From an uncultured beta proteobacterium (GTDB lineage: Bacteria; Pseudomonadota; Gammaproteobacteria; Burkholderiales; Nitrosomonadaceae): a stretch of DNA of 32,000 bases. Shown here in pieces: positions 10,164-20,304 of this stretch. The translations under genes were made by a program, and so were the position numbers. Under the pieces are notes generated by a model. It was not told the DNA's origin, searched no databases, and saw nothing but the letters and a program-made list of their open reading frames with translations. The stretch's first letter is position 1; the number at the start of each line of letters is the position of its first letter. The stretch is from the NCBI GenBank assembly GCA_963786735.1, contig CAWBAF010000006.1:304566-336565 (forward strand), written 5' to 3'.

Positions 10164-12392
10164 ATGCAGCGTCTGTTTGAGTATTGGTGGGTCTTGCTGG
10201 CAGTCCTGGTTAGCGCCTGCAGTGGTAATCCATGGAACAACCCCTATCCTGCTGCGGACGCGGGAAAAAATATCCTCTACAGCGCATTTGCCGAGCGACC
10301 CAAGCATCTGGATCCGGTGCAATCATACAGTTCGAACGAGATTCAATTCACCGCGCAGATCTATGAGCCCCCATTGCAATACCATTATTTAAAGCGGCCG
10401 TACGAGTTGATTCCGCTCGCCGCCGAAGAACTGCCGGAAGCGCGATATTTCGACAAAAAGGGAAACCGTTTACCCGATACGGCAGGAGCCGCGCAGATTG
10501 CCTATACGGTATACGAGATCACCATAAAGCCTGGTATCCACTACCAGCCCCACCCAGCTTTTGCTAAAGACGAACAGGGCGACTTTCTCTATCATCGGCT
10601 GAACGCGAGCGACCTTGCAAGGACTTTCAAACTGAGTGATTTTCCCCGCACCGGTACGCGAGAACTGCGCGCGGAGGACTATGTTTTTCAGATCAAGCGG
10701 CTCGCTCACCCGCGCCTCCATTCACCCATTTTGGGCCTGATGTCGGACTATATCGTCGGCCTTCGGGAATACTCGGAACTACTGCAGACCGTTGCCGTCG
10801 GGCAGCTCCAGGAAAATGCTGGGGAAGCCTATCTGGATTTGAAAAAGTATCCTCTGGAGGGCGTGGAAATCGTCAATTCTCATACCTACCGGATCAAGAT
10901 CAATGGCAAATATCCTCAGTTCATGTACTGGCTGACCATGCCATTTTTCGCACCGATTCCATGGGAGGCTGAGCGGTTTTACAGCCAGAAGAGCTTAACC
11001 AGCAAAAACATCAACCTTGACTGGTATCCCGTGGGTACCGGACCGTACATGCTGACGGAAAACAATCCGAACCGTGTAATGATTCTGGAGAGGAATCCGA
11101 ATTTCCATGGTGAAACTTATCCATCTGACGGAATGCCCGATGATGGGAAGGCCGGTTTTCTCGACGACGCCGGAAAGCCTTTGCCGTTGATCGACAAGGT
11201 GATATTCAGTCGTGAGAGGGAAAGCATTCCGCGCTGGAACAAATTTCTCCAAGGTTATTATGACGCATCGAGCATCGGCTCCGACAGTTTCGATCAGGCA
11301 GTGCAACTGACAGGGCAAGGCGAAGCGACGGTCAGTGAAGGAATGCAGGAGCAGGGCATCCGCTTGGAAACGACGGTGGCGGCAAGCACGAATTATTTAG
11401 GTTTCAACATGCTGGATCCGGTGGTCGGCGGTGTCGGAAAACGTGGGCGAGAGGCCGCTCGGAAGCTGCGCCAAGCCATTTCCATCGCAGTGGATTATGA
11501 AGAATATGTCTCCATATTTGCCAACGGACGCGGTTTGCCCGCACACGGCCCTATCCCGCCGGGAATTTTCGGGCACCGCCAAGGCAAGGAGGGGATAAAT
11601 ACTGTTGTGTACGACTGGGTAAACGGACGCCCCCAGCGTAAATCCATGGAAACCGCCAAGGCTTTATTGGCCGACGCAGGATATCCCGGTGGTGTCGACC
11701 GGAAAACCGGCTCGCAACTGGTGCTTTATTTTGACGTCACTGCCCGCGGGGCGGAGGACAAATCCAGCCTGGACTGGATGCGCAAACAATTCCAGAAACT
11801 CAACATACAGCTGGTAGTCCGCAGTACCGACTACAACCGTTTCCAGGACAAGATACGCCGGGGCAATGCCCAAATTTTCGAGTGGGGGTGGAACGCGGAT
11901 TATCCTGACCCCGAGAACATGCTTTTCCTATTGCACGGCTTGCAGCTTAAAGTTGGCAGCGAAGGTGAAAACGCGGCCAACTATTCCAACGCGGAATACG
12001 ATGCTTTATTTGAACAGATGAAAAATATGGAAAACGGCCCCCAACGGCAGCACATCATCGACCGGATGGTAAATATCCTGCGGCACGACGCACCCTGGTC
12101 GTGGGGATACCATCCCAAGGATTTTGCGCTGTACCATGCATGGTATGACAACGTCAAACCAGACCGGATGGCGAACAATAGCATCAAGTACTTCCGCATC
12201 GATACCGAGTTGCGGGAACAGAAGCGCCGCGAGTGGAACAAGCCGGTGCTATGGCCCATTCTGGCGGGCGTGATCCTGCTGATGGTGATGCTGATCCCCG
12301 CAGCGAATACCTATCGCCGCAAGGTACATGGAGCGGCTTTGGAAGCACGTGACCTGGACGATAGTATCGCGAGAAGTCAAGGTACTTCATGA
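10164..12392 (+). CDS. ABC transporter substrate-binding protein, family 5 (peptide/YejA-like), 742 aa, with a lipobox and a C-terminal TM segment
   Basis: The SBP_bac_5-like body includes WNADYPDPENML and is followed by two DppB/C-type permeases and a double ATPase. The N-terminus MQRLFEYWWVLLAVLVSAC looks like a lipoprotein signal. The C-terminus has a hydrophobic stretch VLWPILAGVILLMVMLIPAA flanked by basic residues. Confidence 0.85.
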   Translation: MQRLFEYWWVLLAVLVSACSGNPWNNPYPAADAGKNILYSAFAERPKHLDPVQSYSSNEIQFTAQIYEPPLQYHYLKRPYELIPLAAEELPEARYFDKKGNRLPDTAGAAQIAYTVYEITIKPGIHYQPHPAFAKDEQGDFLYHRLNASDLARTFKLSDFPRTGTRELRAEDYVFQIKRLAHPRLHSPILGLMSDYIVGLREYSELLQTVAVGQLQENAGEAYLDLKKYPLEGVEIVNSHTYRIKINGKYPQFMYWLTMPFFAPIPWEAERFYSQKSLTSKNINLDWYPVGTGPYMLTENNPNRVMILERNPNFHGETYPSDGMPDDGKAGFLDDAGKPLPLIDKVIFSRERESIPRWNKFLQGYYDASSIGSDSFDQAVQLTGQGEATVSEGMQEQGIRLETTVAASTNYLGFNMLDPVVGGVGKRGREAARKLRQAISIAVDYEEYVSIFANGRGLPAHGPIPPGIFGHRQGKEGINTVVYDWVNGRPQRKSMETAKALLADAGYPGGVDRKTGSQLVLYFDVTARGAEDKSSLDWMRKQFQKLNIQLVVRSTDYNRFQDKIRRGNAQIFEWGWNADYPDPENMLFLLHGLQLKVGSEGENAANYSNAEYDALFEQMKNMENGPQRQHIIDRMVNILRHDAPWSWGYHPKDFALYHAWYDNVKPDRMANNSIKYFRIDTELREQKRREWNKPVLWPILAGVILLMVMLIPAANTYRRKVHGAALEARDLDDSIARSQGTS

Positions 12393-12461
12393 TAAGGCTG
12401 TTGCTGCCCCCTCGCTCCTGGATCCACGATAGGTGTCAGTCTTTTTGCCACTGCTGCCTGA

Positions 12462-13439
12462 ATGCTTAACTATATCGTTCGGCGCGTGTTGTACGCCATT
12501 CCCATTCTCATCGGTGTGAACCTGATTACCTTTACATTGTTTTTTGTTGTAAACACGCCAGATGACATGGCTCGCATGCAGTTGGGCGTCAAGCGTGTTA
12601 CCCCTGCAGCTATTTCCAAATGGAAGCAGGAGCGTGGCTACGACAAGCCACTCATGGTTAACGGGTCTGAGACAGGTATTGCAAAATTTACGCGCACCAT
12701 TTTTTTTGAGAAATCGGCTTCTATGTTCGCGTTCCGGTTCGGACAAGCCGATGACGGGCGAGACATCGCCAAAGAAATCAGGGCCCGCATGATCCCCAGC
12801 CTCGCGATCGCGCTTCCGGTATTTCTCCTGGGGCTCGTCGTTTATGTGGTGTCCGCGCTCGTCATGGTTTTTTTTCGTGCGACCTATGTCGACTTCTGGG
12901 GCGTCGTATTATGCGTGGCCCTCATGTCGATTTCCAGCCTGTTTTACATAATCGGCGGGCAATTTCTCATCAGCAAGCTGTGGCATATCGTGCCCATTTC
13001 CGGGTATGGGGAAGGGCTTAACGTTGCAAAATTTCTTGTCTTGCCTGTCATCGTCGGGCTAATCAGCGGGGCGGGGGCCAACACGCGCTGGTATCGCACT
13101 ATTTTTCTTGAGGAGATGGGGAAAGACTACGTGCGCACTGCCCGCGCCAAAGGCTTGCCCGAAAGACTCGTACTATTCCGGCATGTACTCAAGAACGCAA
13201 TGATTCCCATACTTACGGGCGCGGTCGTCGTCATCCCATTGTTATTTCTGGGCAGCCTTCTGTCGGAATCATTTTTCGGTATCCCCGGGTTAGGCAGTTA
13301 TACGATTGACGCGATCAATTCTCAGGATTTTGCCATCGTTCGCGCAATGGTTTTCCTGGGATCTCTGCTTTATATCGTCGGCTTGGTACTCACTGATATT
13401 TCATACACCTTGGTCGATCCCCGGATCAGGCTGGAGTAA
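12462..13439 (+). CDS. ABC transporter permease (DppB/OppB/YejB-like)
   Basis: The start MLNYIVRRVLYAIPILIGV is typical, the EAA loop reads ARAKGLPERLVLFRHVLKNAMIP, and multiple TM segments are present. Confidence 0.9.
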   Translation: MLNYIVRRVLYAIPILIGVNLITFTLFFVVNTPDDMARMQLGVKRVTPAAISKWKQERGYDKPLMVNGSETGIAKFTRTIFFEKSASMFAFRFGQADDGRDIAKEIRARMIPSLAIALPVFLLGLVVYVVSALVMVFFRATYVDFWGVVLCVALMSISSLFYIIGGQFLISKLWHIVPISGYGEGLNVAKFLVLPVIVGLISGAGANTRWYRTIFLEEMGKDYVRTARAKGLPERLVLFRHVLKNAMIPILTGAVVVIPLLFLGSLLSESFFGIPGLGSYTIDAINSQDFAIVRAMVFLGSLLYIVGLVLTDISYTLVDPRIRLE

Positions 13440-13454
13440 TTATTTGAAAACGCC

Positions 13455-14933
13455 ATGGCTTTCACACCTGTAATCTTCTGGACAGACGCGCTCGTCTATC
13501 TCCTTGTTCTCGTCATCGCCATCTTCGCGTGGCAGGTGCGACGCAGCGAGCATTTTCTGGTGCCGTGGCGGCGTGTGGGCCAGAGCGCAAGCGGCATGGC
13601 CGCAGCGACCGTACTGCTGTTTTTTGTTGTTATAGGCTTGTTGGATACTATTCACATGCGTCCCACGGTCAACAATGGAGGCGTCGGCGAAAAAGCTCGG
13701 AGCGTTGAAGTATTAAGTCTGCTTGATATAATCGCCAGGCCGCTGAAAACTCGGGTTGAAAAAACCTATTCCGCGCCTTTTGCCGCCTATCTGTATGCGA
13801 AAGAAACCATAGAGCTTCCGGATGGTAGCGAGGCGCGGGAATTCCCCCGCCTCGGTTTTGGTGCTGCACACCTGGTCGATCCTAAAGTAGAGTTGTCAGG
13901 AGACGTGGCTTCGCGCGGGCTGCTCGGTGCCGGCCTCGGCCTTCTCCTCTGGTGTATGTTTGCGGCTGCCGTAACCATGTGGCTGGCGCGCCAGGCAGGA
14001 CAGGCGCTCCGATCCACCTGGGCCACGATATGGCGCGGTACAACCGGTGTTCGGTGGAATGCCATACTTATTACGCTTGCATTAATGCTGCTACTTTGGG
14101 GCGCTGCGCTGGCCCTCTGCGGCTATTACCACATACTCGGCACTGACAAGGTAGGCCAGGACGTGTTTTATCTATCGCTGAAAAGCATTCGTACGGGACT
14201 GGTCATTGGAACGCTCACGACACTGATGATGCTTCCCTTCGCGCTTTTTCTCGGGATTACCGCCGGCTATTTCCAAGGATGGGTGGACGATGTGATCCAA
14301 TACCTTTACACCACGCTCAGCTCAATTCCCAGTGTTCTGCTCATTGCGGCCGCAGTGTTGATGATGCAGGTATACATGGAAACCCATCCCGAGCTTTTCG
14401 ACACTATCGGTGCGCGCGCCGATCTGCGTCTGTTATTTCTTTGCATCATACTCGGAGTCACCAGCTGGACCGGTTTGTGCCGCCTGCTACGCGGTGAAAC
14501 CCTGAAGTTGCGCGAGATGGAATATATACAGGCCGCTCACGCATTTGGCGTGTCCCATTGGCGCGTTGTCTCCCGCCACATTTTGCCGAACGTAATGCAT
14601 ATCGTACTTATCACGACCGTCATGGATTTCAGCGGACTCGTTCTTGCTGAGGCAGTGCTTTCATACGTGGGGGTCGGGGTTGATCCTTCCATGATCAGTT
14701 TTGGAACAATGATCAATGCAGCACGGCTTGAAATGGCCCGGGAGCCTATGGTCTGGTGGGCTTTGTTAGCCGCCTTCACTTTTATGTTTACCTTGGTACT
14801 GAGCGCTAATCTGTTCGCGGACGCCGTACAAAACGCGTTTGATCCGAGAATCAGCCTAATCTCGACGAAAGCTGCGATAAAAGAAAGCGGAAACAGCAGG
14901 CAGGAGCCAGCCCAAGCTGGATCTCCCCGGTAA
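13455..14933 (+). CDS. ABC transporter permease (DppC/OppC/YejE-like) with a long N-terminal extension
   Basis: The EAA loop reads AAHAFGVSHWRVVSRHILPNVM and multiple TM segments are present. At 492 aa it is about 150 aa longer at the N-terminus than typical YejE-type permeases. Confidence 0.85.
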   Translation: MAFTPVIFWTDALVYLLVLVIAIFAWQVRRSEHFLVPWRRVGQSASGMAAATVLLFFVVIGLLDTIHMRPTVNNGGVGEKARSVEVLSLLDIIARPLKTRVEKTYSAPFAAYLYAKETIELPDGSEAREFPRLGFGAAHLVDPKVELSGDVASRGLLGAGLGLLLWCMFAAAVTMWLARQAGQALRSTWATIWRGTTGVRWNAILITLALMLLLWGAALALCGYYHILGTDKVGQDVFYLSLKSIRTGLVIGTLTTLMMLPFALFLGITAGYFQGWVDDVIQYLYTTLSSIPSVLLIAAAVLMMQVYMETHPELFDTIGARADLRLLFLCIILGVTSWTGLCRLLRGETLKLREMEYIQAAHAFGVSHWRVVSRHILPNVMHIVLITTVMDFSGLVLAEAVLSYVGVGVDPSMISFGTMINAARLEMAREPMVWWALLAAFTFMFTLVLSANLFADAVQNAFDPRISLISTKAAIKESGNSRQEPAQAGSPR

Positions 14934-14949
14934 AGGCTCAACTATTTTT

Positions 14950-17106
14950 ATGCGTCCCTTATTGCAAGTTAACGATCTCACTACTGTTATCCACACGGAT
15001 GCCGGGCTGGCATGGCCGGTCGACGGGCTCACCCTGCAAATCAATAAAGGCGAAACTTTCGCGCTGCTCGGCGAGTCGGGCAGCGGCAAATCGATAACCG
15101 CACTATCCATTATGCGGCTTTTGCCGGACGCCGCTGCCATTGTCTCGGGCTCTGTGTGTCTCGACGGCGAAGAACTGCTTCTCCTTCCGGAAACCTCTAT
15201 GCGCGGGATTCGGGGGCGACGCATCAGCATGATCTTTCAGGAACCGATGCTAAGCCTGAACCCTGTAATGACGGTCGCGGAACAGATTGGAGAAGTATTG
15301 CAGGGACATTTTGGCTTAGGCGGAGCCGTGGCACAGGAACGCATACTTGAAATATTGAATCAGGTGGGAATACCAGATGCCGCGCGCCGCATGCATGAGT
15401 ATCCCTTTCAGTTTTCAGGGGGAATGAAGCAGCGGATGATGATCGCCATGGCGCTGGCGGGAGAGCCCGAGCTGTTGATTGCTGACGAACCCACTACTGC
15501 ATTGGATGTAACCATTCAGGCCCAGGTACTGGAGCTTATGCGCGGCTTGCAGGAACGCAATGGCATGTCCATCCTCCTTATCACGCACGATCTCGCTGTC
15601 GCTGCGGAAACGGCCCATCAAATAGGAATTATGTACGCAGGTGAGATTGTAGAGACAGCCCCGCGGGATGTCTTTTTCCGCGGCCCTGCCCACCCCTATT
15701 CCAGGAAACTGCTTGCTTCGGTTCCGGGCAGATCTCGGCGGCGCAGCGGGACACGGCTCTCAGCAATCCCGGGGAACGTGCCTTCGCTGTCTCACAAATT
15801 CGCGGGTTGCCGATTTGCGGAGCGTTGCGATCAGGCCTGGGATTTGTGTTACCGGACTGCTCCAGGATGGTCTACTGCAGCCGATGGGCAGCAAGCCAGA
15901 TGCCATTTGCTTGAAATAGATTCCAGCAGCCGGACTCATGGCACCGCCCTGATAAACAAAAAGGTCGAAACGCAAGCGAAGGATTCCGAAAGCCTGGCTG
16001 AGTCAGGCTCAAAAATCGCGACTCTCACTCGGCCAACGGCAGAAGCCGATCCGGATCTGCTGGCCGTTACTCACCTCAAAGTCCACTTTCCGATATACAA
16101 GGGGCTGCTCAAGAAAGTGGCTGGGGTAGTCAAGGCGGTCGATGGCGTCTCGCTAACCCTTCGCCAAGGCAGGACGTTGGCGCTTGTAGGAGAGTCTGGG
16201 TGCGGCAAAACAACAGTAGGCAAGGGCATCCTGCAACTCATTCCCGTAAGCGGAGGTAGCGTAAAGTACAGGGGAATTGAACTGGTCGGGCTGGAACGCA
16301 AACGGTTGCGCCAAATGCGTGCTGAATTTCAGCTCGTGTTCCAGGATCCGTATTCATCGCTCAATCCGCGGATGAGAATCGTCGAGATTATCCAGGAAGG
16401 CATGAATGCGTTAAACATTGAAAACCACGAGAAGAAGGATTTGGGAGTTCGCCAATCGGGCGCCCCGGCAGAGCAGCTCGATCGGTTATTGGAGAGCGTT
16501 GGGTTACGCCCCGAATCCAAGTGGCGTTATCCGCATGAATTCTCGGGCGGCCAGCGTCAGCGTATCGCCATTGCCCGCGCCTTGGCCGTTCATCCGAAGC
16601 TGATCGTCTGTGACGAACCCACGAGCGCCCTCGATGTGTCCGTGCAGGCCCAGATCTTGAACCTGCTCAAGGACTTGCAGGATAGCCTGGGGTTGGCCTA
16701 CCTGTTCATTACACACAATATCTCTGTGGTGGAATACATTGCGGATGAAGTGGCGGTAATGTACCTGGGGAGGATTGTTGAATACGGAAGCGTGGACGAA
16801 GTATTGAAAAAACCCAAGCATCCCTATACACAGGCGTTGCTGTCGGCGGTTCCGGTCATCGAGCTTGAATCGAAGCGGCATGTCATCCGGCTTCATGGCG
16901 ATCTTCCATCACCCTCCAACCCGCCATCCGGATGCCATTTTCATCCCCGATGCATTCATGCAATGCCAATTTGCCGGGAAATCTATCCGTCAACCAGTAC
17001 ATTAAGCCCAACACATCACACGCGATGTCACCTGTATCGGCAGGAACAGGACAGCGGGGATGATGCGAATCAACAAGCACAGGAGTATGTTTATGACGGT
17101 AGGTAA
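14950..17106 (+). CDS. ABC transporter ATP-binding protein with duplicated ATPase domains (YejF-like), 718 aa
   Basis: There are two Walker A motifs (GESGSGKS, GESGCGKT), two signature motifs (FSGGMKQR, FSGGQRQR) and two Walker B motifs (LIADEPTTALD, IVCDEPTSALD). Each half ends in an oligopeptide-type C-terminal Cys motif (GCRFAERC...C, GCHFHPRC...C). Confidence 0.9.
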   Translation: MRPLLQVNDLTTVIHTDAGLAWPVDGLTLQINKGETFALLGESGSGKSITALSIMRLLPDAAAIVSGSVCLDGEELLLLPETSMRGIRGRRISMIFQEPMLSLNPVMTVAEQIGEVLQGHFGLGGAVAQERILEILNQVGIPDAARRMHEYPFQFSGGMKQRMMIAMALAGEPELLIADEPTTALDVTIQAQVLELMRGLQERNGMSILLITHDLAVAAETAHQIGIMYAGEIVETAPRDVFFRGPAHPYSRKLLASVPGRSRRRSGTRLSAIPGNVPSLSHKFAGCRFAERCDQAWDLCYRTAPGWSTAADGQQARCHLLEIDSSSRTHGTALINKKVETQAKDSESLAESGSKIATLTRPTAEADPDLLAVTHLKVHFPIYKGLLKKVAGVVKAVDGVSLTLRQGRTLALVGESGCGKTTVGKGILQLIPVSGGSVKYRGIELVGLERKRLRQMRAEFQLVFQDPYSSLNPRMRIVEIIQEGMNALNIENHEKKDLGVRQSGAPAEQLDRLLESVGLRPESKWRYPHEFSGGQRQRIAIARALAVHPKLIVCDEPTSALDVSVQAQILNLLKDLQDSLGLAYLFITHNISVVEYIADEVAVMYLGRIVEYGSVDEVLKKPKHPYTQALLSAVPVIELESKRHVIRLHGDLPSPSNPPSGCHFHPRCIHAMPICREIYPSTSTLSPTHHTRCHLYRQEQDSGDDANQQAQEYVYDGR

Positions 17107-18700
17107 CGAGGTGGCGCGGAGACGAACTTTTGCCATCATATCTCACCCGGATGCCGGCAAAACCACGCTTACAGAGAAGTTGCTGCTGTTTGCCGGCGCG
17201 ATCCACATCGCAGGCAGTGTCAAGGCAAGAAAGGCGAGTCGCCATGCCACCTCTGACTGGATGGAAATCGAGAAGCAGCGCGGTATTTCCGTCGCCAGTT
17301 CCGTAATGCAAATGGAATATGGAGGCTGCGTTATCAATCTCCTGGATACGCCTGGCCACCAGGATTTTTCGGAGGACACCTATCGTGTTCTGACGGCCGT
17401 GGATGCCGCGTTGATGGTGATTGACGCCGCAAATGGTGTTGAAGCACAGACCTTGCGCTTGCTTGAGGTGTGCCGTGCACGGAACACCCCGATTTTAACT
17501 TTTATAAACAAAATGGATAGGGAGGTGCGCGAGCCGCTCGATCTTATTGATGAGATCGAACGAACGTTGCGCATGACCACCATACCGTTTACCTGGCCCA
17601 TGGGCATGGGTCGGAGCTTTCGGGGAGTATTTGACCTTCGGCGGGATAGCATGCGTGTTTTCCGCCCAGGGGAAGAGAAACTGAACGAGGAGACTGAAAT
17701 TATCGAAGGGTTGGGGAACCCGGCTATTGATGCACGTTTTCCAGCTTTGGCCGATGCTACCCGTCAGGAAATTGAACTGATACGTGGTGCGTCTCCCGAA
17801 TTCGATCATGCTGCCTTCCTTTCCGGCGCGCAGACCCCTGTATTCTTCGGGTCGGCAATAAACAACTTCGGCGTGCGCGAAATTCTTGATTCCTTGGTCG
17901 AGCTTGCGCCGCCACCGGGATCGCGCAGGGCGTTTCAACGCCAGGTGCAACCGGGCGAAACCCGATTCTCAGGGGTGGTTTTCAAGATCCAGGCCAATAT
18001 GAATCCCGCTCACCGCGACCGTATTGCGTTTGTAAGAGTCTGCTCGGGGCGGTTCGAACGTGGAATGAATCTAAGGGTAGTGCGCAACGGAAAAGATCTT
18101 CGCACAAACTCGGTTGTATCATTTCTGTCCCAGCGGCGTGACTTGCTCGATACTGCCTATCCCGGCGATATCATCGGGATTCCCAACCACGGGACGCTGC
18201 AACTTGGAGATACGCTCACCGAGGGTGAGCAGCTTCAGTTTACGGGTTTACCTTTTTTCGCACCCGAGATTTTCCAGACGGTCGAGATTGCCGACCCATT
18301 GCGCAGCAAGCAGCTCAAGCTGGGCCTCATTCAATTAGGCGAAGAGGGCGCGATTCAAGTCTTCCGGCCGCATTCTGGAGGGGCGTTACTGCTCGGCGCT
18401 ATCGGCACGCTGCAGTTTGAAGTTGTGGCGCATCGACTCAAGCATGAATACGGCGTGGCGGCTCGGCTAGCGCCTGCAAAATATCAGCTTGCGAGATGGA
18501 TCACGTCCGCCAATTCGCGCGATCTCAAGCGTTTCATTGAGCTTAATGCCCATCGCATAGCTTACGATGCAGTGGATGCTCCCACATTTTTGGCGTCGTA
18601 TGGCGCGGAGCTCAGCGTAGCGGAAGAGAACTGGGATACCATACAGTTTCATAAAATGCGGGAGCACGCCGGATTGGTCTTTCAGAATCATGCTGCCTAA
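17093..18700 (+). CDS. prfC: peptide chain release factor 3
   Basis: GTPase motifs SHPDAGKTT, DTPGHQDF and NKMD are present. I prefer the ATG at 17093 (AGGAG at 17081-17085, 7 nt spacing; 535 aa) over the track start at 17060. It overlaps the upstream ATPase gene by 14 nt. Confidence 0.93.
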   Translation: MTVGNEVARRRTFAIISHPDAGKTTLTEKLLLFAGAIHIAGSVKARKASRHATSDWMEIEKQRGISVASSVMQMEYGGCVINLLDTPGHQDFSEDTYRVLTAVDAALMVIDAANGVEAQTLRLLEVCRARNTPILTFINKMDREVREPLDLIDEIERTLRMTTIPFTWPMGMGRSFRGVFDLRRDSMRVFRPGEEKLNEETEIIEGLGNPAIDARFPALADATRQEIELIRGASPEFDHAAFLSGAQTPVFFGSAINNFGVREILDSLVELAPPPGSRRAFQRQVQPGETRFSGVVFKIQANMNPAHRDRIAFVRVCSGRFERGMNLRVVRNGKDLRTNSVVSFLSQRRDLLDTAYPGDIIGIPNHGTLQLGDTLTEGEQLQFTGLPFFAPEIFQTVEIADPLRSKQLKLGLIQLGEEGAIQVFRPHSGGALLLGAIGTLQFEVVAHRLKHEYGVAARLAPAKYQLARWITSANSRDLKRFIELNAHRIAYDAVDAPTFLASYGAELSVAEENWDTIQFHKMREHAGLVFQNHAA

Positions 18701-18864
18701 CCTGGAAGCGGTCTGCGCCAGTTTAATCAGGGTTTTTGTTTGTACTCGGTCGTTTTTAACATCCCGGCTGGTGCAAGCACTTGGGCAGCAGTGGCAAGCA
18801 GCGCCGAAGCAGCGGGAAAGGGCTGTCTGCAGCTCCCGCGCTTAGACGAACCTTATACACATTT

Positions 18865-20292
18865 ATGACTAATCCAATAAATGACGAGATGCCGGTTGAA
18901 GCCGGCAAGAGCGCTTGGTCGGGGCGCTTCAGCGAGCCGGTTTCGGAACTGGTGCAGCGTTACACCGCCTCAGTTGGTTTTGACCACAGACTTGCAGAGT
19001 ACGACATTCAGGGGTCACTCGCTCACGCACAGATGCTTTCGGCGAAGGGAATCATAAGCAGCGAGGATCTTGATGCGATAACCCGGGGGTTGGACCAGGT
19101 CCGGCGAGAAATACATAATGGCGATTTCATCTGGCGGATCGAGCTGGAAGATGTGCATCTCAATATAGAGAAACGCCTTACCGCGCTGATTGGGGATGCC
19201 GGGAAACGCCTCCACACTGCGCGGTCGCGGAACGACCAGGTTGCGACCGATATACGGCTGTATTTGCGACATTCAATTGACGATATTGTCAATCTGATCC
19301 ATGCGATGCAAGGAGCGCTGTTGGATCTGGCCGAGAAGCACATCGATACCTTGATGCCCGGGTTTACGCATCTCCAGGTTGCACAACCGGTAGTATTCGG
19401 CCATCACCTTCTTGCCTATTTTGAAATGCTGAAGCGTGATGCGGAGCGTTTACTGGATTGCCGTAGACGTCTAAACAAGCTTCCGCTGGGTGCAGCGGCT
19501 TTGGCGGGAACAAGCTATCCCATTGATCGACATATGGTAGCGGAACGACTCGGGTTCGACGGCGTCTGCGAAAACTCCCTTGATGCGGTCTCAGACCGGG
19601 ATTTCGCTATCGAATTCTGCTCCGCCGGCGCGCTTCTTATGACCCATCTGTCGCGTTTGTCGGAGGAGCTCATTTTATGGATGAGCCCTTCATTTGGTTT
19701 TATTGACTTGGCTGACCGTTTTTGCACCGGTTCATCCATCATGCCTCAAAAGAAAAACCCTGATGTACCCGAGTTGGTACGAGGCAAAGCAGGTCGGATC
19801 AGCGGACACCTGGTTGCCCTGCTCATGCTGATGAAAGGCCAGCCGCTTGCGTACAACAAGGATAATCAGGAAGACAAGGAGCCGGTATTCGATACGGTGG
19901 ATACGCTTACCGACACGCTGCGCATATACGCTGACATGATGACTGGCGTAAAGGTCAATAAGGAAGCAATGCGAACGGCAGCGATGCGTGGTTATGCAAC
20001 GGCCACCGACCTTGCGGATTATCTGGTTAGAAAGGGTGCGCCTTTTCGGGAAGCGCATGAAGCCGTGGCGCAAGCTGTGCGCTTTGCCGCCGAAACCGGC
20101 AGTGATCTCAGCGCGCTCACTTTGCCGGAGCTGCAGAAATTTTCCCCATTGATCGGGGGTGACGTCTTCTCCGCATTGACTCTGGAGGGGTCGATCAATA
20201 GCCGTAACCATATGGGCGGGACCGCGCCGGAGCGGGTCCGGGCCGCCATCCGCACCGCGCGCGAATGGATGAGTGGCCAGGCACGCCAATAG
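18865..20292 (+). CDS. argH: argininosuccinate lyase
   Basis: It carries the fumarate-lyase signature [12 protein letters not shown] and N-terminal WSGRFSEP. The ATG at 18865 gives a typical 475 aa, whereas the track's TTG at 18781 adds an Arg/Ser/Gly-rich, non-homologous-looking extension. Confidence 0.94.
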   Translation: MTNPINDEMPVEAGKSAWSGRFSEPVSELVQRYTASVGFDHRLAEYDIQGSLAHAQMLSAKGIISSEDLDAITRGLDQVRREIHNGDFIWRIELEDVHLNIEKRLTALIGDAGKRLHTARSRNDQVATDIRLYLRHSIDDIVNLIHAMQGALLDLAEKHIDTLMPGFTHLQVAQPVVFGHHLLAYFEMLKRDAERLLDCRRRLNKLPLGAAALAGTSYPIDRHMVAERLGFDGVCENSLDAVSDRDFAIEFCSAGALLMTHLSRLSEELILWMSPSFGFIDLADRFCTGSSIMPQKKNPDVPELVRGKAGRISGHLVALLMLMKGQPLAYNKDNQEDKEPVFDTVDTLTDTLRIYADMMTGVKVNKEAMRTAAMRGYATATDLADYLVRKGAPFREAHEAVAQAVRFAAETGSDLSALTLPELQKFSPLIGGDVFSALTLEGSINSRNHMGGTAPERVRAAIRTAREWMSGQARQ

Positions 20293-20304
20293 CTTTGCCG
20301 CCGC

